The notes: generated by a model from the sequence alone, not told the origin. A stretch of 63,712 nucleotides of DNA, filler included, from Lama guanicoe (GCA_013239625.1; 185 parts of 185 records of this genome joined end to end with filler, not necessarily neighbours in it), one strand, 5' to 3'. Positions 24,146 to 36,998 are shown, counted from the whole stretch's first letter. Program-made: numbers and translations.

Positions 24146-24390
24146 GACTCAGCACTCCAAGGGCAAGAGTCATCAATCCATCAAGAGACCACCTTTCAGT
24201 GAGAGTACAAGAGAGGGAACAAAGACCGTTGCTGTCCACCCGTGGATCAGCCCGCCTCCCCTTCTTGGAGGTGTCCTTTTGCTTTGTTAATAAATTTAAA
24301 ATCTTTCACTACACAATGCTTCCATCTCCCATTCTGAATTCTTCTCTCTCAGGCAAGACAAGAACCGAAGTTTTTTTCCCTTCCCTTTTG
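24146..24390 (+). mobile_element. ERV LTR fragment (R/U5-like)
   Basis: aataaa followed by ctgaattcttctctc...gcaagacaagaacc, a common ERV1 LTR end pattern. Confidence 0.5.
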
Positions 24391-24835
24391 NNNNNNNNNN
24401 NNNNNNNNNNNNNNNNNNNNNNNNNNNNNNNNNNTTAATTAATTAANNNNNNNNNNNNNNNNNNNNNNNNNNNNNNNNNNNNNNNNNNNNGCAGGACCAA
24501 GCTCTGTCCTGATGTGGGCACAGAGTGCCCAGTCTGGGGCTCTGCGTTCTGCACAGGCTGTTGTGCTGTCAGTGTGCTGTGTCTGGCGCTCTCGGTTCTG
24601 GGATGCACATGGCCCCAAGTGTGCACTCGCAGGTGTGTTGCCTCCTCCGCAGACAACACTGGGGTCGGTCTGAAAGCACTGCGGCTGGGTCCCCATCTTG
24701 AAGAAGGGCCGCCCCTTCCTGCTCGAGCTGACAGTNNNNNNNNNNNNNNNNNNNNNNNNNNNNNNNNNNNNNNNNNNNNTTAATTAATTAANNNNNNNNN
24801 NNNNNNNNNNNNNNNNNNNNNNNNNNNNNNNNNNN

Positions 24836-25077
24836 CTTACTCTGGTTTCTCAGTCTGTTTCCTAGTGCCGGTATGAAGTTTCTGCTGTTTTCACTGTAAA
24901 ACCGAGTTGGAGCATGTACTTCACCATATATGTTTATGGATTGGAGTCTGCAACTGCAGAGAAACTTTGTGTTCCCCACAAGAGAGCTGAAGGACAGCTT
25001 TCACACTCGCTTAACTCTCAAAACTGAGCAAGTAGAGAGACGTTCGTTTACCTAGCACAAAGGGAACAGGTTGCAGG
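24836..25077 (+). repeat. ~249-bp satellite monomer, copy 1
   Basis: Circular permutation of 32422-32666 and 55879-56122; shared blocks tttcact.t.aaaccgagttggagc.tgtac, aactttgtgttcc and cttactct. Confidence 0.9.
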
Positions 25078-25177
25078 NNNNNNNNNNNNNNNNNNNNNNN
25101 NNNNNNNNNNNNNNNNNNNNNTTAATTAATTAANNNNNNNNNNNNNNNNNNNNNNNNNNNNNNNNNNNNNNNNNNNN

Positions 25178-25421
25178 TACAACATTGTGTTAGTTTCTGG
25201 TGTACAGCATAGTGATTCAGTCATATTCTTTTCCACTACAGTTTATTACAGGATCTTGAACATAGTTCCCTGTACTATACATAGGATCTTGTTGCTTATC
25301 TATTTTATATATAGTAGTTAGTATCTGCAAATCCCAAACTGCCGATTTAACCCTCCCCATCCCCTTTCACCCCTGGTAACCATAAGTTTGTTTTCTATGT
25401 CTGTGACTCTGTTTCTATTTT
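25178..25421 (-). mobile_element. LINE-1 3' UTR
   Basis: acaacattgtgttagtttctggtgtacagcatagtgattcag...ggtaaccataagtttgttttctatgtctgtga. Confidence 0.9.
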
Positions 25422-25521
25422 NNNNNNNNNNNNNNNNNNNNNNNNNNNNNNNNNNNNNNNNNNNNTTAATTAATTAANNNNNNNNNNNNNNNNNNNNNNN
25501 NNNNNNNNNNNNNNNNNNNNN

Positions 25522-25700
25522 GACTGGCCGCCGGCGTGGAGCTCGCCCGGCTCCCTGGCTCCCCGCTCCGGGCGAGCGCCCCCTGCTGGGCGGCCGTGCA
25601 CCCCCGCCGCGGCCGGGCCTCTCCGGGCAGCCTCCAGCCCTCTGCCCTTCCGCTCCTCCAAGCTCCGGCCTTCCTCCACTCTCCACTCTCCCAGGAGGGC
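25522..25700. promoter_or_regulatory. CpG-rich fragment with consensus CTCF motif at 25574-25589 (minus strand)
   Basis: Minus strand reads CCAGCAGGGGGCGCTC. Confidence 0.6.
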
Positions 25701-27591
25701 TCCCCAGCCCCCTGAAACCTCCCAGGGGACCCGGGTTCTTCACTGCCACTGGTACCCTCCAGCAGCNNNNNNNNNNNNNNNNNNNNNNNNNNNNNNNNNN
25801 NNNNNNNNNNTTAATTAATTAANNNNNNNNNNNNNNNNNNNNNNNNNNNNNNNNNNNNNNNNNNNNCTGGAAAAATCAAATACTGCTTTAGGATCTTTCT
25901 GTCAAGTATTATAAACAAGCAATTAAGGAGAAATAAAAAGAGCAATTAATTTCCATTTTGTTAGATATTATTATCATAGTTCACATAATTTTATCAATAC
26001 AATAGCTAAATGATTATCTAATTGTCACCTGACTAGCTTATATTTGACTAGGCCAGATGTTAAACTTGTAATTTTTGCTGCAAATTAAGAGTGATATCTG
26101 TATTTTAATCANNNNNNNNNNNNNNNNNNNNNNNNNNNNNNNNNNNNNNNNNNNNTTAATTAATTAANNNNNNNNNNNNNNNNNNNNNNNNNNNNNNNNN
26201 NNNNNNNNNNNTAAGGGCTCATGCCCCCTCCATGTCATCCCAGTATCTCAGGGAAATAGGTTCACAGGCAGAAGTCTGTGTTTCTGTGTGACCTGAGGAA
26301 AGTCACTGCCCCTCTCTGACTCAGGACCCTCCATTTCTAAAAGTGGGAGAGGGCCAATGAAGACAGCCCTGGCTCTAGGACCCCCACTTGGGAGGGCAGG
26401 GTTGCACCCCGGCCCCCTGAGAGTGGGCCTCCTGGCCTAGGGCCTGTGCTCCCAGGNNNNNNNNNNNNNNNNNNNNNNNNNNNNNNNNNNNNNNNNNNNN
26501 TTAATTAATTAANNNNNNNNNNNNNNNNNNNNNNNNNNNNNNNNNNNNNNNNNNNNCCTTTCCTAGCCTGCCCTTCCTAGCCCATCTGTTTCCCTCTCTT
26601 CCTTCCGTGGAGGTGCGTGCACTGGTTCCATGAAGCCACCGTGCGCACAGGACCAGTCGCCATGGTTGCCATGCCGACAGCGCACACAGGGAGCAGCGCA
26701 CGTTCCAGGAGCGTCAGTGACGGCAGCCTGAAAATGAACCAAGTGCAGATACAGCACTTCAGCCGTTCAGTGAGAGGTTACTGTTGGCTTGCGATGCCCG
26801 GNNNNNNNNNNNNNNNNNNNNNNNNNNNNNNNNNNNNNNNNNNNNTTAATTAATTAANNNNNNNNNNNNNNNNNNNNNNNNNNNNNNNNNNNNNNNNNNN
26901 NATTTTCAGCACCTGGCTTTTCAAAAGGAAGCAGTTTGCAATGTCTGTAACGCATCACCTGTCTCCCTGGGGGGAACCCCCAAAAGGAAGAAAGGTGAAC
27001 ACCTCTGATCTTTTTGTAAGCAGGCTGATAAATGCGATACGGGTGATATTTCCCATCCAGAAAGGCTTTTTTTGGCTTGTTTTTTTCATTGATGAACTGT
27101 TCCTGGTCTGACTTGGGTTGCACGCAAACCTATGAATTTAGGGAGCNNNNNNNNNNNNNNNNNNNNNNNNNNNNNNNNNNNNNNNNNNNNTTAATTAATT
27201 AANNNNNNNNNNNNNNNNNNNNNNNNNNNNNNNNNNNNNNNNNNNNCTGGCTCCTCTCGGTGTCATCTTGGGAAAGTCACTTAGGTTCCGATGGCGTTGC
27301 CATTTTCTGTTGAAATGTCACGATCTTGCATCACTTCTGCACTTTTTAAGTCCAGAAAAGAAGGACTTCGGTCTCCTCAGTAGCTATCATGTGGGAGGTG
27401 CGCCCTCATTGCTGAGCTGTTCATTACAGGGACGCTGAGGCCGCTCCGGGCCCAGGTCACTCCACGTTTCCCCAGGTGCCCCACCCCCTGTNNNNNNNNN
27501 NNNNNNNNNNNNNNNNNNNNNNNNNNNNNNNNNNNTTAATTAATTAANNNNNNNNNNNNNNNNNNNNNNNNNNNNNNNNNNNNNNNNNNNN

Positions 27592-27796
27592 AGCCCTTAG
27601 GTGAACTGTGGACTTGGATGATTGTGATGTGTCAGTGTAGGCTCATCATTAGTAAAAAATGGACCATACTGGTGAGTGATGCTGATAACGAGGAGGCTAT
27701 TCATGTGTGTGGATGTCCAAACTCTAATCTCTGTATCTCCCTCTCAATTTTATTGTAAACTTATAACTGCTCTAAAAATTTGTCTTTAAAAAAAAC
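27592..27796 (+). mobile_element. L1MC-like 3' end
   Basis: gtgaactgtggactt...tgatgtgtcagtgtaggctcatc...ctctcaattttattgtaaact..aactgctctaaaaa. Confidence 0.8.
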
Positions 27797-28626
27797 CCTA
27801 TGCTCATTAAGTATTTATTTGTTTGAACTTAAAAAANNNNNNNNNNNNNNNNNNNNNNNNNNNNNNNNNNNNNNNNNNNNTTAATTAATTAANNNNNNNN
27901 NNNNNNNNNNNNNNNNNNNNNNNNNNNNNNNNNNNNAACGCTCTCTTACTTTCAGTTCCTGCACTTCACTGAGTCCCCTCCACCCATATCTTAACGGATG
28001 GAGCATGAGATCTAGTCTGGGCATCACATTCTCCAGGCCAAGTTGATAAGTTCATGGATACTCATGTCCCTGAACCTCTGTAGTCATCCTGCCACCAAAA
28101 GGAGCCTGAGAAGACTTTCAAGAAAGAAGAGTCAAGACAGATGAAACACCTTGTAGATAAGAGGAAGAATGAGAAAAAAAANNNNNNNNNNNNNNNNNNN
28201 NNNNNNNNNNNNNNNNNNNNNNNNNTTAATTAATTAANNNNNNNNNNNNNNNNNNNNNNNNNNNNNNNNNNNNNNNNNNNNGACCTTCCCACTGACTAGA
28301 GGGCATTCTTTGGCTCTCTCGGAGGCTACCAGCGTGAGAGGCCCGGGGGCTTTGGTTCAGACCCTGTTCCCATACCCCGTGCTGGCCGGTGGCCCGCCCC
28401 TCCCCCATTCCACTCCACTGGTTTAAGAAAACAGACCTTTGGAACCTCTGTGCATCCTCGCAGGTGGCATTGACAAACCCCCATAACAGAGCGAACCGCT
28501 CCTGAAGCTGTCGCACCGTCCTTCCCNNNNNNNNNNNNNNNNNNNNNNNNNNNNNNNNNNNNNNNNNNNNTTAATTAATTAANNNNNNNNNNNNNNNNNN
28601 NNNNNNNNNNNNNNNNNNNNNNNNNN

Positions 28627-28871
28627 CACTGTGCCCTGTTTTCCAGGCTCCATCTTGCCAGCTCTGCACCTTTTGTGAATCAATGTTGCCTTTAGCCTGA
28701 AACAGACAGGAGAGCCTATTCTCAGGACTCAGCCTATTCTCGGGGCTCTGACGGTTAAGGATGTTAGCCCCTCTGCACTCATGTGGAGATAGTAAGTTGC
28801 AAAATAGAGGAAAAACCTTTGTTTTTGTTGGAAGTTTACAGGGACACCATGACCTGGCCCACGTGGACAGC
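28627..28871. mobile_element. Probable ERV LTR fragment with internal 18-bp tandem duplication
   Basis: LTR-like sequence (tttagcctgaa...gagata.taagttgcaa.atagag...ggaagtttacaggga); duplication at 28713-28748. Confidence 0.45.
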
Positions 28872-29316
28872 NNNNNNNNNNNNNNNNNNNNNNNNNNNNN
28901 NNNNNNNNNNNNNNNTTAATTAATTAANNNNNNNNNNNNNNNNNNNNNNNNNNNNNNNNNNNNNNNNNNNNGGCTGGATGAAGGGCCATAACTAATTTTG
29001 GCTGCAGTCTCCTGTCTGAGAGTTAACACCATCCAAAATTTCACCAATCCAAGCCCTGGCTGCTACCCAGCCAGGGGCCCCTCCCAGCACATCAGGCGGC
29101 CCACGCCTAATCAGCAGCCCCTCCCCTCCAGGGGGACGCATGAGAGGGGGCTGTCTTCTCCACCACAGTGCCCTCACGGGGGCTCGGGGGTAACCTTGCT
29201 CGTTGACCTGCACCCTNNNNNNNNNNNNNNNNNNNNNNNNNNNNNNNNNNNNNNNNNNNNTTAATTAATTAANNNNNNNNNNNNNNNNNNNNNNNNNNNN
29301 NNNNNNNNNNNNNNNN

Positions 29317-29378
29317 CATGCTTAGCAAGCATGAGGTCCTGGGTTCAATCCCTAGTACATCCACTGAAAAAAAAAAAA
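29317..29378 (+). mobile_element. Camelid-type SINE 3' part with poly(A)
   Basis: catgcttagcaagcatgaggtcctgggttcaatccctagtacatcca followed by an A tract; same family as 18654. Confidence 0.85.
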
Positions 29379-31770
29379 AGAGAGAGAGAGATAAGGATGT
29401 ACTGGGCACTCAACTGTTCTGCGCACAGACCGGGCAGCAGAGAGAGGGTTTACGTCTGCTGGTGGACTTCTTGCTATGGAATGGAGACTAGACAGGCAGG
29501 GTTTGAATTTAAAAAAAAAAAATAGATTTTTAAATCTATTTCTTTCTAGTTATCAAGCATGNNNNNNNNNNNNNNNNNNNNNNNNNNNNNNNNNNNNNNN
29601 NNNNNTTAATTAATTAANNNNNNNNNNNNNNNNNNNNNNNNNNNNNNNNNNNNNNNNNNNNGCAATCCACTGAGGTTTTGTCCCTGGGCAGGTGGTTGCG
29701 CCTTGCCCTCCAAAGGTAACGGAAGACAAATTCCTTGCAAACTGACTGCCTGAGTGACCCCAGACCTTGGAGACGGCTGAGCCCCAGCAGAGATCTCCTG
29801 TCCGAGTCACCCTTTCTGTCCCTTACGTTTGGGGGCACTCCAGATGAGCTGGTGCTAGGAGCCTTCTGCTGGTGGTGTGGCCTTTGTCCAGAGGCGGTTC
29901 AGGAAGNNNNNNNNNNNNNNNNNNNNNNNNNNNNNNNNNNNNNNNNNNNNTTAATTAATTAANNNNNNNNNNNNNNNNNNNNNNNNNNNNNNNNNNNNNN
30001 NNNNNNCATGCATGTTAGTTAGAATTAGAGCGAAACTTTGAGGAACACTCAGGTCCTCAGGCTTGATCTTCAGAGGCCTCGCTTAAGAAAGCTAATAGTT
30101 GATTAGTTACCACAGTGGCCCATCTGTACTTAACAGCTTCGTGAAGTAGCAAGATGCTTGTCTTCTTTTTAGAGACAGAAGTCCCTTCCTTGACTGCAAG
30201 GTGCAGAGCGATGCTGGGAAGGTGGGGGGCTGTGTCTAGGAAGGGATGTTCNNNNNNNNNNNNNNNNNNNNNNNNNNNNNNNNNNNNNNNNNNNNTTAAT
30301 TAATTAANNNNNNNNNNNNNNNNNNNNNNNNNNNNNNNNNNNNNNNNNNNNGCAGCCCGGGCGTGTCCCCGCGCGGCACGCGGTGTCCTCCACCCCCGGA
30401 ATGTGAGTCTACGTGACACAGCACCCGCTGGGAATCTCAGCTGCCCAGTGTTAGTGCCATGTGTCTGGCCACCTCATACTACCCGGGGCAGGTCTCCCGT
30501 CCTCACCAATGGGTGAGGAGGAGGCGATCGGAACACAAGCCCTTATCTGTGCGAAATCCACAGTTTTGAGAGCAAATCTTTGTAAAGATAACTTTTNNNN
30601 NNNNNNNNNNNNNNNNNNNNNNNNNNNNNNNNNNNNNNNNTTAATTAATTAANNNNNNNNNNNNNNNNNNNNNNNNNNNNNNNNNNNNNNNNNNNNGATG
30701 AAAGATCATTTGGCAAATGGGATTCCTTTCTCACAGTCCCACTCCAATGCCTCCGGGTCCTTCACAGGTCACAGTAAGAGCCTAAGCGCAGGAGGGGAGA
30801 CGGAGGGCGGACCCTTGAGGAAAGTCAAGGGCAAGTTATCTTCTCCCAGTTCCCCACTGCTCAGCTGTCCACACACTGCAGCCTTCCAGTCCGATCCACA
30901 GACTGTCCGCGGGGGCTAACCACGGCCCAGTCTCCACCTCCNNNNNNNNNNNNNNNNNNNNNNNNNNNNNNNNNNNNNNNNNNNNTTAATTAATTAANNN
31001 NNNNNNNNNNNNNNNNNNNNNNNNNNNNNNNNNNNNNNNNNTCAGCTGAGCCTCGGCTGGAGGGTGGGGACCATCTGATGTAAAAGTGGCCACCAGGGTC
31101 CAATCACATAGATGAGGAAGATTTATCAACAAAAAGGATTGTGGGTGAGGCAGATTCCCCAAATGGTTCTTCAAAATACCATCCACAGCGGGTGCTAGCA
31201 TCTGGAGAAGGTAGGGAGTCTTAAAAGAATTTTTCTAGGATTCATTAGCAAAGAAGAGGTAAACCAGATGGTCACAAAGGCTGGGGNNNNNNNNNNNNNN
31301 NNNNNNNNNNNNNNNNNNNNNNNNNNNNNNTTAATTAATTAANNNNNNNNNNNNNNNNNNNNNNNNNNNNNNNNNNNNNNNNNNNNGATTACAAGTCGTG
31401 AGGCTTATCTAAAGTGCCCTGAGAATTCTCTCCATCGTGAGGCCTTGCAGGAGGAGAGAATTAAGCTATAATTTTTTTCCACCTTTGTGGCATCATTCTT
31501 TCTGAAATTTTGAGGAAAACGACCCAGTTGTCAGGGCAGAGCAACGCTGACAGGTATGGACACGGGGCAAAAAAAGGAAAACTGGTAAGCAGCACAAAAC
31601 AATCATTCTTGCTTCCTAAAAAGGAACCTATNNNNNNNNNNNNNNNNNNNNNNNNNNNNNNNNNNNNNNNNNNNNTTAATTAATTAANNNNNNNNNNNNN
31701 NNNNNNNNNNNNNNNNNNNNNNNNNNNNNNNTTGTACAAGAACCCTCTTTCAGGACACATCAGTTTAACT

Positions 31771-31928
31771 CCTTGCTATGCAGAGTGTGGTCCATGGGTC
31801 AGCAGTGTTCGCATCACCTGGGAGCCTGTCAGAAGTGCAGACTCAGTTCCCTCCCTAGACCTACTGATCGGAATCCTCATTTGAACAAGATCCCCAGGCG
31901 ATTTTTTGCATATTAAACTTCAAGAGGC
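31771..31928. mobile_element. MER5A-like hAT-Charlie element
   Basis: agtgtggtccatgg..cagcag...gcatcacctgggagc.tgt.agaa.tgcaga...agacctactga...aacaagatccccagg. Confidence 0.85.
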
Positions 31929-32421
31929 AGACAAGCCAATTATTTCACGACCACCTAAAGAGGATTGCTAACCTTCNNNNNNNNNNNNNNNNNNNNNNNN
32001 NNNNNNNNNNNNNNNNNNNNTTAATTAATTAANNNNNNNNNNNNNNNNNNNNNNNNNNNNNNNNNNNNNNNNNNNNAACTACTTATGTAAGTGTCTTTCT
32101 GGTCACCTCTCGTAAGGTTTAAAGAACTCCTGCTTACCCTAAAAAATGGAGTGAGAGTAAACAGAACTAAGTAACTACGTAAAATAGGCTTGTTTGGTGA
32201 ATACTTATTAGCCTGGTATTTGTAGACTTAACAAAAATGATTGATAGTTTTCAAGAATTGGAATTCCTGCCTATTAAACTAAAAAAACTCATTTTATATT
32301 TCCCGTAAAGGTCAGACCTTTNNNNNNNNNNNNNNNNNNNNNNNNNNNNNNNNNNNNNNNNNNNNTTAATTAATTAANNNNNNNNNNNNNNNNNNNNNNN
32401 NNNNNNNNNNNNNNNNNNNNN

Positions 32422-32666
32422 GTGCCTGCCGTTTTCACTATAAAACCGAGTTGGAGCTTGTACATCCCCACATATATGTATGACGTGGCTTTGGCAACTG
32501 GAAATTAACTTTGTGTTCCCTTCAAGTTAGGTGAAGCCCGGCTTACACACACACTTAACTCTCAGAACTCAGCACGTGGAGAGATGTTCGTTCATACACC
32601 ACAATTGGCCCGGGATACAAGTGAAACACTTACTCTGTAATCTCAGTCTGTTTTCTAGTGCTGGTT
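32422..32666 (+). repeat. ~249-bp satellite monomer, copy 2
   Basis: Colinear permutation of copies 1 and 3. Confidence 0.9.
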
Positions 32667-33801
32667 NNNNNNNNNNNNNNNNNNNNNNNNNNNNNNNNNN
32701 NNNNNNNNNNTTAATTAATTAANNNNNNNNNNNNNNNNNNNNNNNNNNNNNNNNNNNNNNNNNNNNGTTTTCTTTCTTTCACATTTAAAATATTTAACAC
32801 ATACCAGGAAAGTGGAAACTGCTTTAAATAGCTTATTTAATTGTAACTGTTTCACAAACACTACATGAGACGAAATAACTTGCTACGAGAGAGGGGTGGA
32901 GCAAGGATTTAAACCCAATTCCTATGACCGCAGGTCCCCTGGTCTTGGTGGCTATGCTCTTATGTCCCAGATGAAGATGCATGAGGTTCAAGAAGCAAGT
33001 ATTACACTCTTNNNNNNNNNNNNNNNNNNNNNNNNNNNNNNNNNNNNNNNNNNNNTTAATTAATTAANNNNNNNNNNNNNNNNNNNNNNNNNNNNNNNNN
33101 NNNNNNNNNNNCAGTAAAAACAGGAAATGCCAGAAGAATATGGAGTTGTTAAAATGTGAATGAAATAATGAGAATAATTTTGGATATGTTGTGTTTGAGA
33201 TGATGACCAGCTGGAAGTTCAGAGCGTGAACTGTACTTCGGAATTGTGATTAGACTTATAGATACGACTTTGAGAGTCAACAGTGCAAGAGGGGCAGTTA
33301 AAAGCTTGAGGCAGGCACAAACAACAAGTACAGGAATTTGGCTTTGAATCTCTTTTNNNNNNNNNNNNNNNNNNNNNNNNNNNNNNNNNNNNNNNNNNNN
33401 TTAATTAATTAANNNNNNNNNNNNNNNNNNNNNNNNNNNNNNNNNNNNNNNNNNNNCCTTGGGGCCACGCTTCCCACAAGCCCAAGCCGGGAGTGGAGGA
33501 ATGCAATCTGCTTTCAGCTTTAGTTCAGATTCCTTCTAGGGAGCGTTGGTTTCAACTGGTGAGTGCTGTTGTGTTGTTGTATCAGTTATTGTTACCTAAA
33601 TGACTATTCAGCTAAGTAGGTAGTTTTGCCAGCATCAGGATTATGACTTCAATATAAATGAGTTCTTTAATAATGAAGAAATAATGAAAAAGGAGCTGTT
33701 TNNNNNNNNNNNNNNNNNNNNNNNNNNNNNNNNNNNNNNNNNNNNTTAATTAATTAANNNNNNNNNNNNNNNNNNNNNNNNNNNNNNNNNNNNNNNNNNN
33801 N

Positions 33802-34046
33802 ATTTGTTGTGTTGCCACAGGGATATCTGCACAGCCCCACACTGTGCCATAGCCTGGTGGCCCAGGACCTGGCTACATGGAGCAAACCATGTATTGTTCA
33901 TTTGTTCCATTATATTGATGACATAGTGCTAACCTCTGATTCTCTTTCAGATTTAGAAACCAGTGCCACAGCGCTGAGAGAAGCCCTGGCAGGCCGCGAA
34001 CGAGGACAAAGTGCAAGGACCTGGATATTCTGTCAAATTCTTGGGT
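33802..34046 (+). mobile_element. Class III (spuma-like, ERV-S/ERV-L group) endogenous retrovirus pol reverse-transcriptase fragment, frameshifted
   Basis: VLPQGYLHSPTLCHSLVAQDLATW...LFHYIDDIVLTSDSLSDLE; after a shift near 33998 another frame reads NEDKVQGPGYSVKFLG. Confidence 0.9.
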
Positions 34047-35181
34047 NNNNNNNNNNNNNNNNNNNNNNNNNNNNNNNNNNNNNNNNNNNNTTAATTAATT
34101 AANNNNNNNNNNNNNNNNNNNNNNNNNNNNNNNNNNNNNNNNNNNNATTTGTCCTCTTTTAGTTTAAATATACATGATTACAGTCAGATCTAAGAAGATT
34201 CGATCTACATCCTTTGACAATTACTATAATGGGGAAGTTGCTCTTCATACTAAAAGCTAGACATACGATGTCACTGTTTTTGTAATATAAAAGACGTAAT
34301 AAAGAGACGAGTTTGCAAACCAAGCTCACCTATGCTTTTATATAAATATATACCATAATGTTGAGCAGGTTTACAAAAACAAAACAGAATTNNNNNNNNN
34401 NNNNNNNNNNNNNNNNNNNNNNNNNNNNNNNNNNNTTAATTAATTAANNNNNNNNNNNNNNNNNNNNNNNNNNNNNNNNNNNNNNNNNNNNGCAGTCTGG
34501 CGGGTCCCGTGTCTGCGGCGGATTTAGAGCGGAACAGGCACACGCCTCCATCACTTAACCAGAAAAACCACTGCCCAAAGCCCTGTGGAGGGTGGGCTCG
34601 GGATCTCCCTGCCCAGAGTCTGGACGCCGGCTGGACGAAGAATCTGGAGTGGGCTCTACCTGCAGGATAAGGGGTTGTGGACTAGAGACCCGCGCTGTCC
34701 GGCTAGTGCCGTCCTTACCTTATCGGCCGTTGGGGANNNNNNNNNNNNNNNNNNNNNNNNNNNNNNNNNNNNNNNNNNNNTTAATTAATTAANNNNNNNN
34801 NNNNNNNNNNNNNNNNNNNNNNNNNNNNNNNNNNNNTTTCCCCCCAGTTACTTCACATAAGTGGAGTAAGAGATGTGTACGAAGGAATTGTGAAATGCTG
34901 TCTTTTTCTTTTAGTTGAAAAATATTCCTAACATCTCTGAAACAAACGGCTGTGCTCCAGGGAAGCCAGTCTGCTTTCTTGCTCCCTCCTGACAGTCTGC
35001 CCTCCTGTCCCATTTAACATGCTGCCCTTCTGTCTCCCCTCCCTCCCACGTGACACTTCCTGAGCACGTACCATATCCTAGNNNNNNNNNNNNNNNNNNN
35101 NNNNNNNNNNNNNNNNNNNNNNNNNTTAATTAATTAANNNNNNNNNNNNNNNNNNNNNNNNNNNNNNNNNNNNNNNNNNNN

Positions 35182-35360
35182 AGCTTCATCAGTAACCAGG
35201 GAAACGCAAATAAAAACCACCATCAGATACTCTTTCACCAACACCAAAGTGGTAAAAAGTCTGACAATACCAAACACTGGAGAAAAAGCAGAGCAGAGCA
35301 ACTCTCTGCACTGTGGGTGGGACCACACACTGAGCAACCCCTCTTCGGAAGACAATCTGT
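35182..35360 (+). mobile_element. Old LINE-1 (L1ME-like) ORF2 3' fragment
   Basis: agtaaccagggaaacgcaaataaaaaccac...aaaaagtctgacaataccaaa. Confidence 0.7.
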
Positions 35361-36312
35361 CATTTCACAAGTCAGCATAACTCCAGGTAAGCGGACTCCC
35401 TGCACAGAGCCTCCCCGCCAGGGTGCNNNNNNNNNNNNNNNNNNNNNNNNNNNNNNNNNNNNNNNNNNNNTTAATTAATTAANNNNNNNNNNNNNNNNNN
35501 NNNNNNNNNNNNNNNNNNNNNNNNNNGGCTGCAGGAGCGGTCCCAGCCCATGAGATGGGCTCCCAGGGCAGCGGCCGCCAGCGCAGAGCACAGCGCCCCC
35601 GGGAGGTGGGGACCACCATGGCAGCAGGGCTTCTGCAGGTCTCAGCCACAGGGGGACAAATTCCCAACATAACCCGGAGCACAGGGTAAGGCTTTGGGTT
35701 TAGGGTTAACAGACCTAGCTAATAAAAATACAGACCATGATTTGGAGGACCATACACTAAAACATAACGCANNNNNNNNNNNNNNNNNNNNNNNNNNNNN
35801 NNNNNNNNNNNNNNNTTAATTAATTAANNNNNNNNNNNNNNNNNNNNNNNNNNNNNNNNNNNNNNNNNNNNGGCTTTCACAGGATGGGGTGGGGGGTGCC
35901 GGGCACAGAGTGAAGGGAGGTGAGGCTGGCAGGGCCAGGCAGGTGTCTGGCTGCGAGAGAAGTTTGTTCATCCTGAAATCAAGCTGCAGCAGCTGGGGGA
36001 GGACGTCAAATGAAGAATGATGAGCTCAGGTCTGTGTGCTCCACAGACCACCCCGACTGCTGGGCAGAGGCTGGCCTGGCTGGGGTGAGAATAGTCCTGC
36101 TGCCTTTCAGAGAGGGNNNNNNNNNNNNNNNNNNNNNNNNNNNNNNNNNNNNNNNNNNNNTTAATTAATTAANNNNNNNNNNNNNNNNNNNNNNNNNNNN
36201 NNNNNNNNNNNNNNNNGAGAAAAAAATTAAGCAAGATAATAAGAAAATCCAATTTCCATATCAAAATGATCTTTCTGTTGATGGAAAGAATCAATAGGAA
36301 GGGTCTGGGGAG

Positions 36313-36461
36313 TGTGAATTAATTCCCTCTTGTTGCTGTAACAGACGGCCACAAACTTTGCAGTTTAAAACAACACAAATATATTACCTTACAGTTCTGA
36401 AGGTCAGAAGCTCCCAAATCAAAATGTTGGCAGAACTATGTCCCTTCTGGAGGCTTTATGG
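36313..36461 (-). mobile_element. MLT1 (MaLR) LTR fragment
   Basis: gttgctgtaaca...ccacaaactt..cagtttaaaacaacacaaat.tattaccttacagttctg.aggtcagaag. Confidence 0.85.
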
Positions 36462-36906
36462 NNNNNNNNNNNNNNNNNNNNNNNNNNNNNNNNNNNNNNN
36501 NNNNNTTAATTAATTAANNNNNNNNNNNNNNNNNNNNNNNNNNNNNNNNNNNNNNNNNNNNAAAAAAACCCTGGGATACATATGATACACTCCATGTCAC
36601 CAGTCATTTTAATCCTTTTAGAATTTATGTTAACTGGGTTTCAATATAAAAATTGTTTATTTAATAAATTGGAGAGAGGTCTAACTTCATTTTCTTCCAA
36701 CTGGAAAGACGGTTGTGCCATCACCATTTGTTATATAATCCACCCTATTCTTACTGGCTGGGAACACCACAGAGTCCAGTTTCTGTTCATTTCACTCAGC
36801 ACAATANNNNNNNNNNNNNNNNNNNNNNNNNNNNNNNNNNNNNNNNNNNNTTAATTAATTAANNNNNNNNNNNNNNNNNNNNNNNNNNNNNNNNNNNNNN
36901 NNNNNN

Positions 36907-36998
36907 TTTGTTTTGGGGGTGGGTAATTAGGTTTATTTATTTTTAAAGACGGTACTGGGGATTGAGGCAGGACCTTATGCATGCTAGGTGCTCCCCAC
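36907..36998 (-). mobile_element. Camelid-type SINE, antisense
   Basis: ggtaattaggtttatttattttt...ggtactggggattga..caggacctt.tgcatgctag is the reverse complement of the 18654 family. Confidence 0.85.

Noticed and set aside
26656..26678. RFX X-box-like gtcgccatggttgccatgccgac
   Set aside because: Imperfect matches with no promoter context; not supportable.
26902..27123. Minus-strand 74-codon open frame (QPKSDQEQFINEK...)
   Set aside because: No family recognised and no convincing splice signals; consistent with chance.
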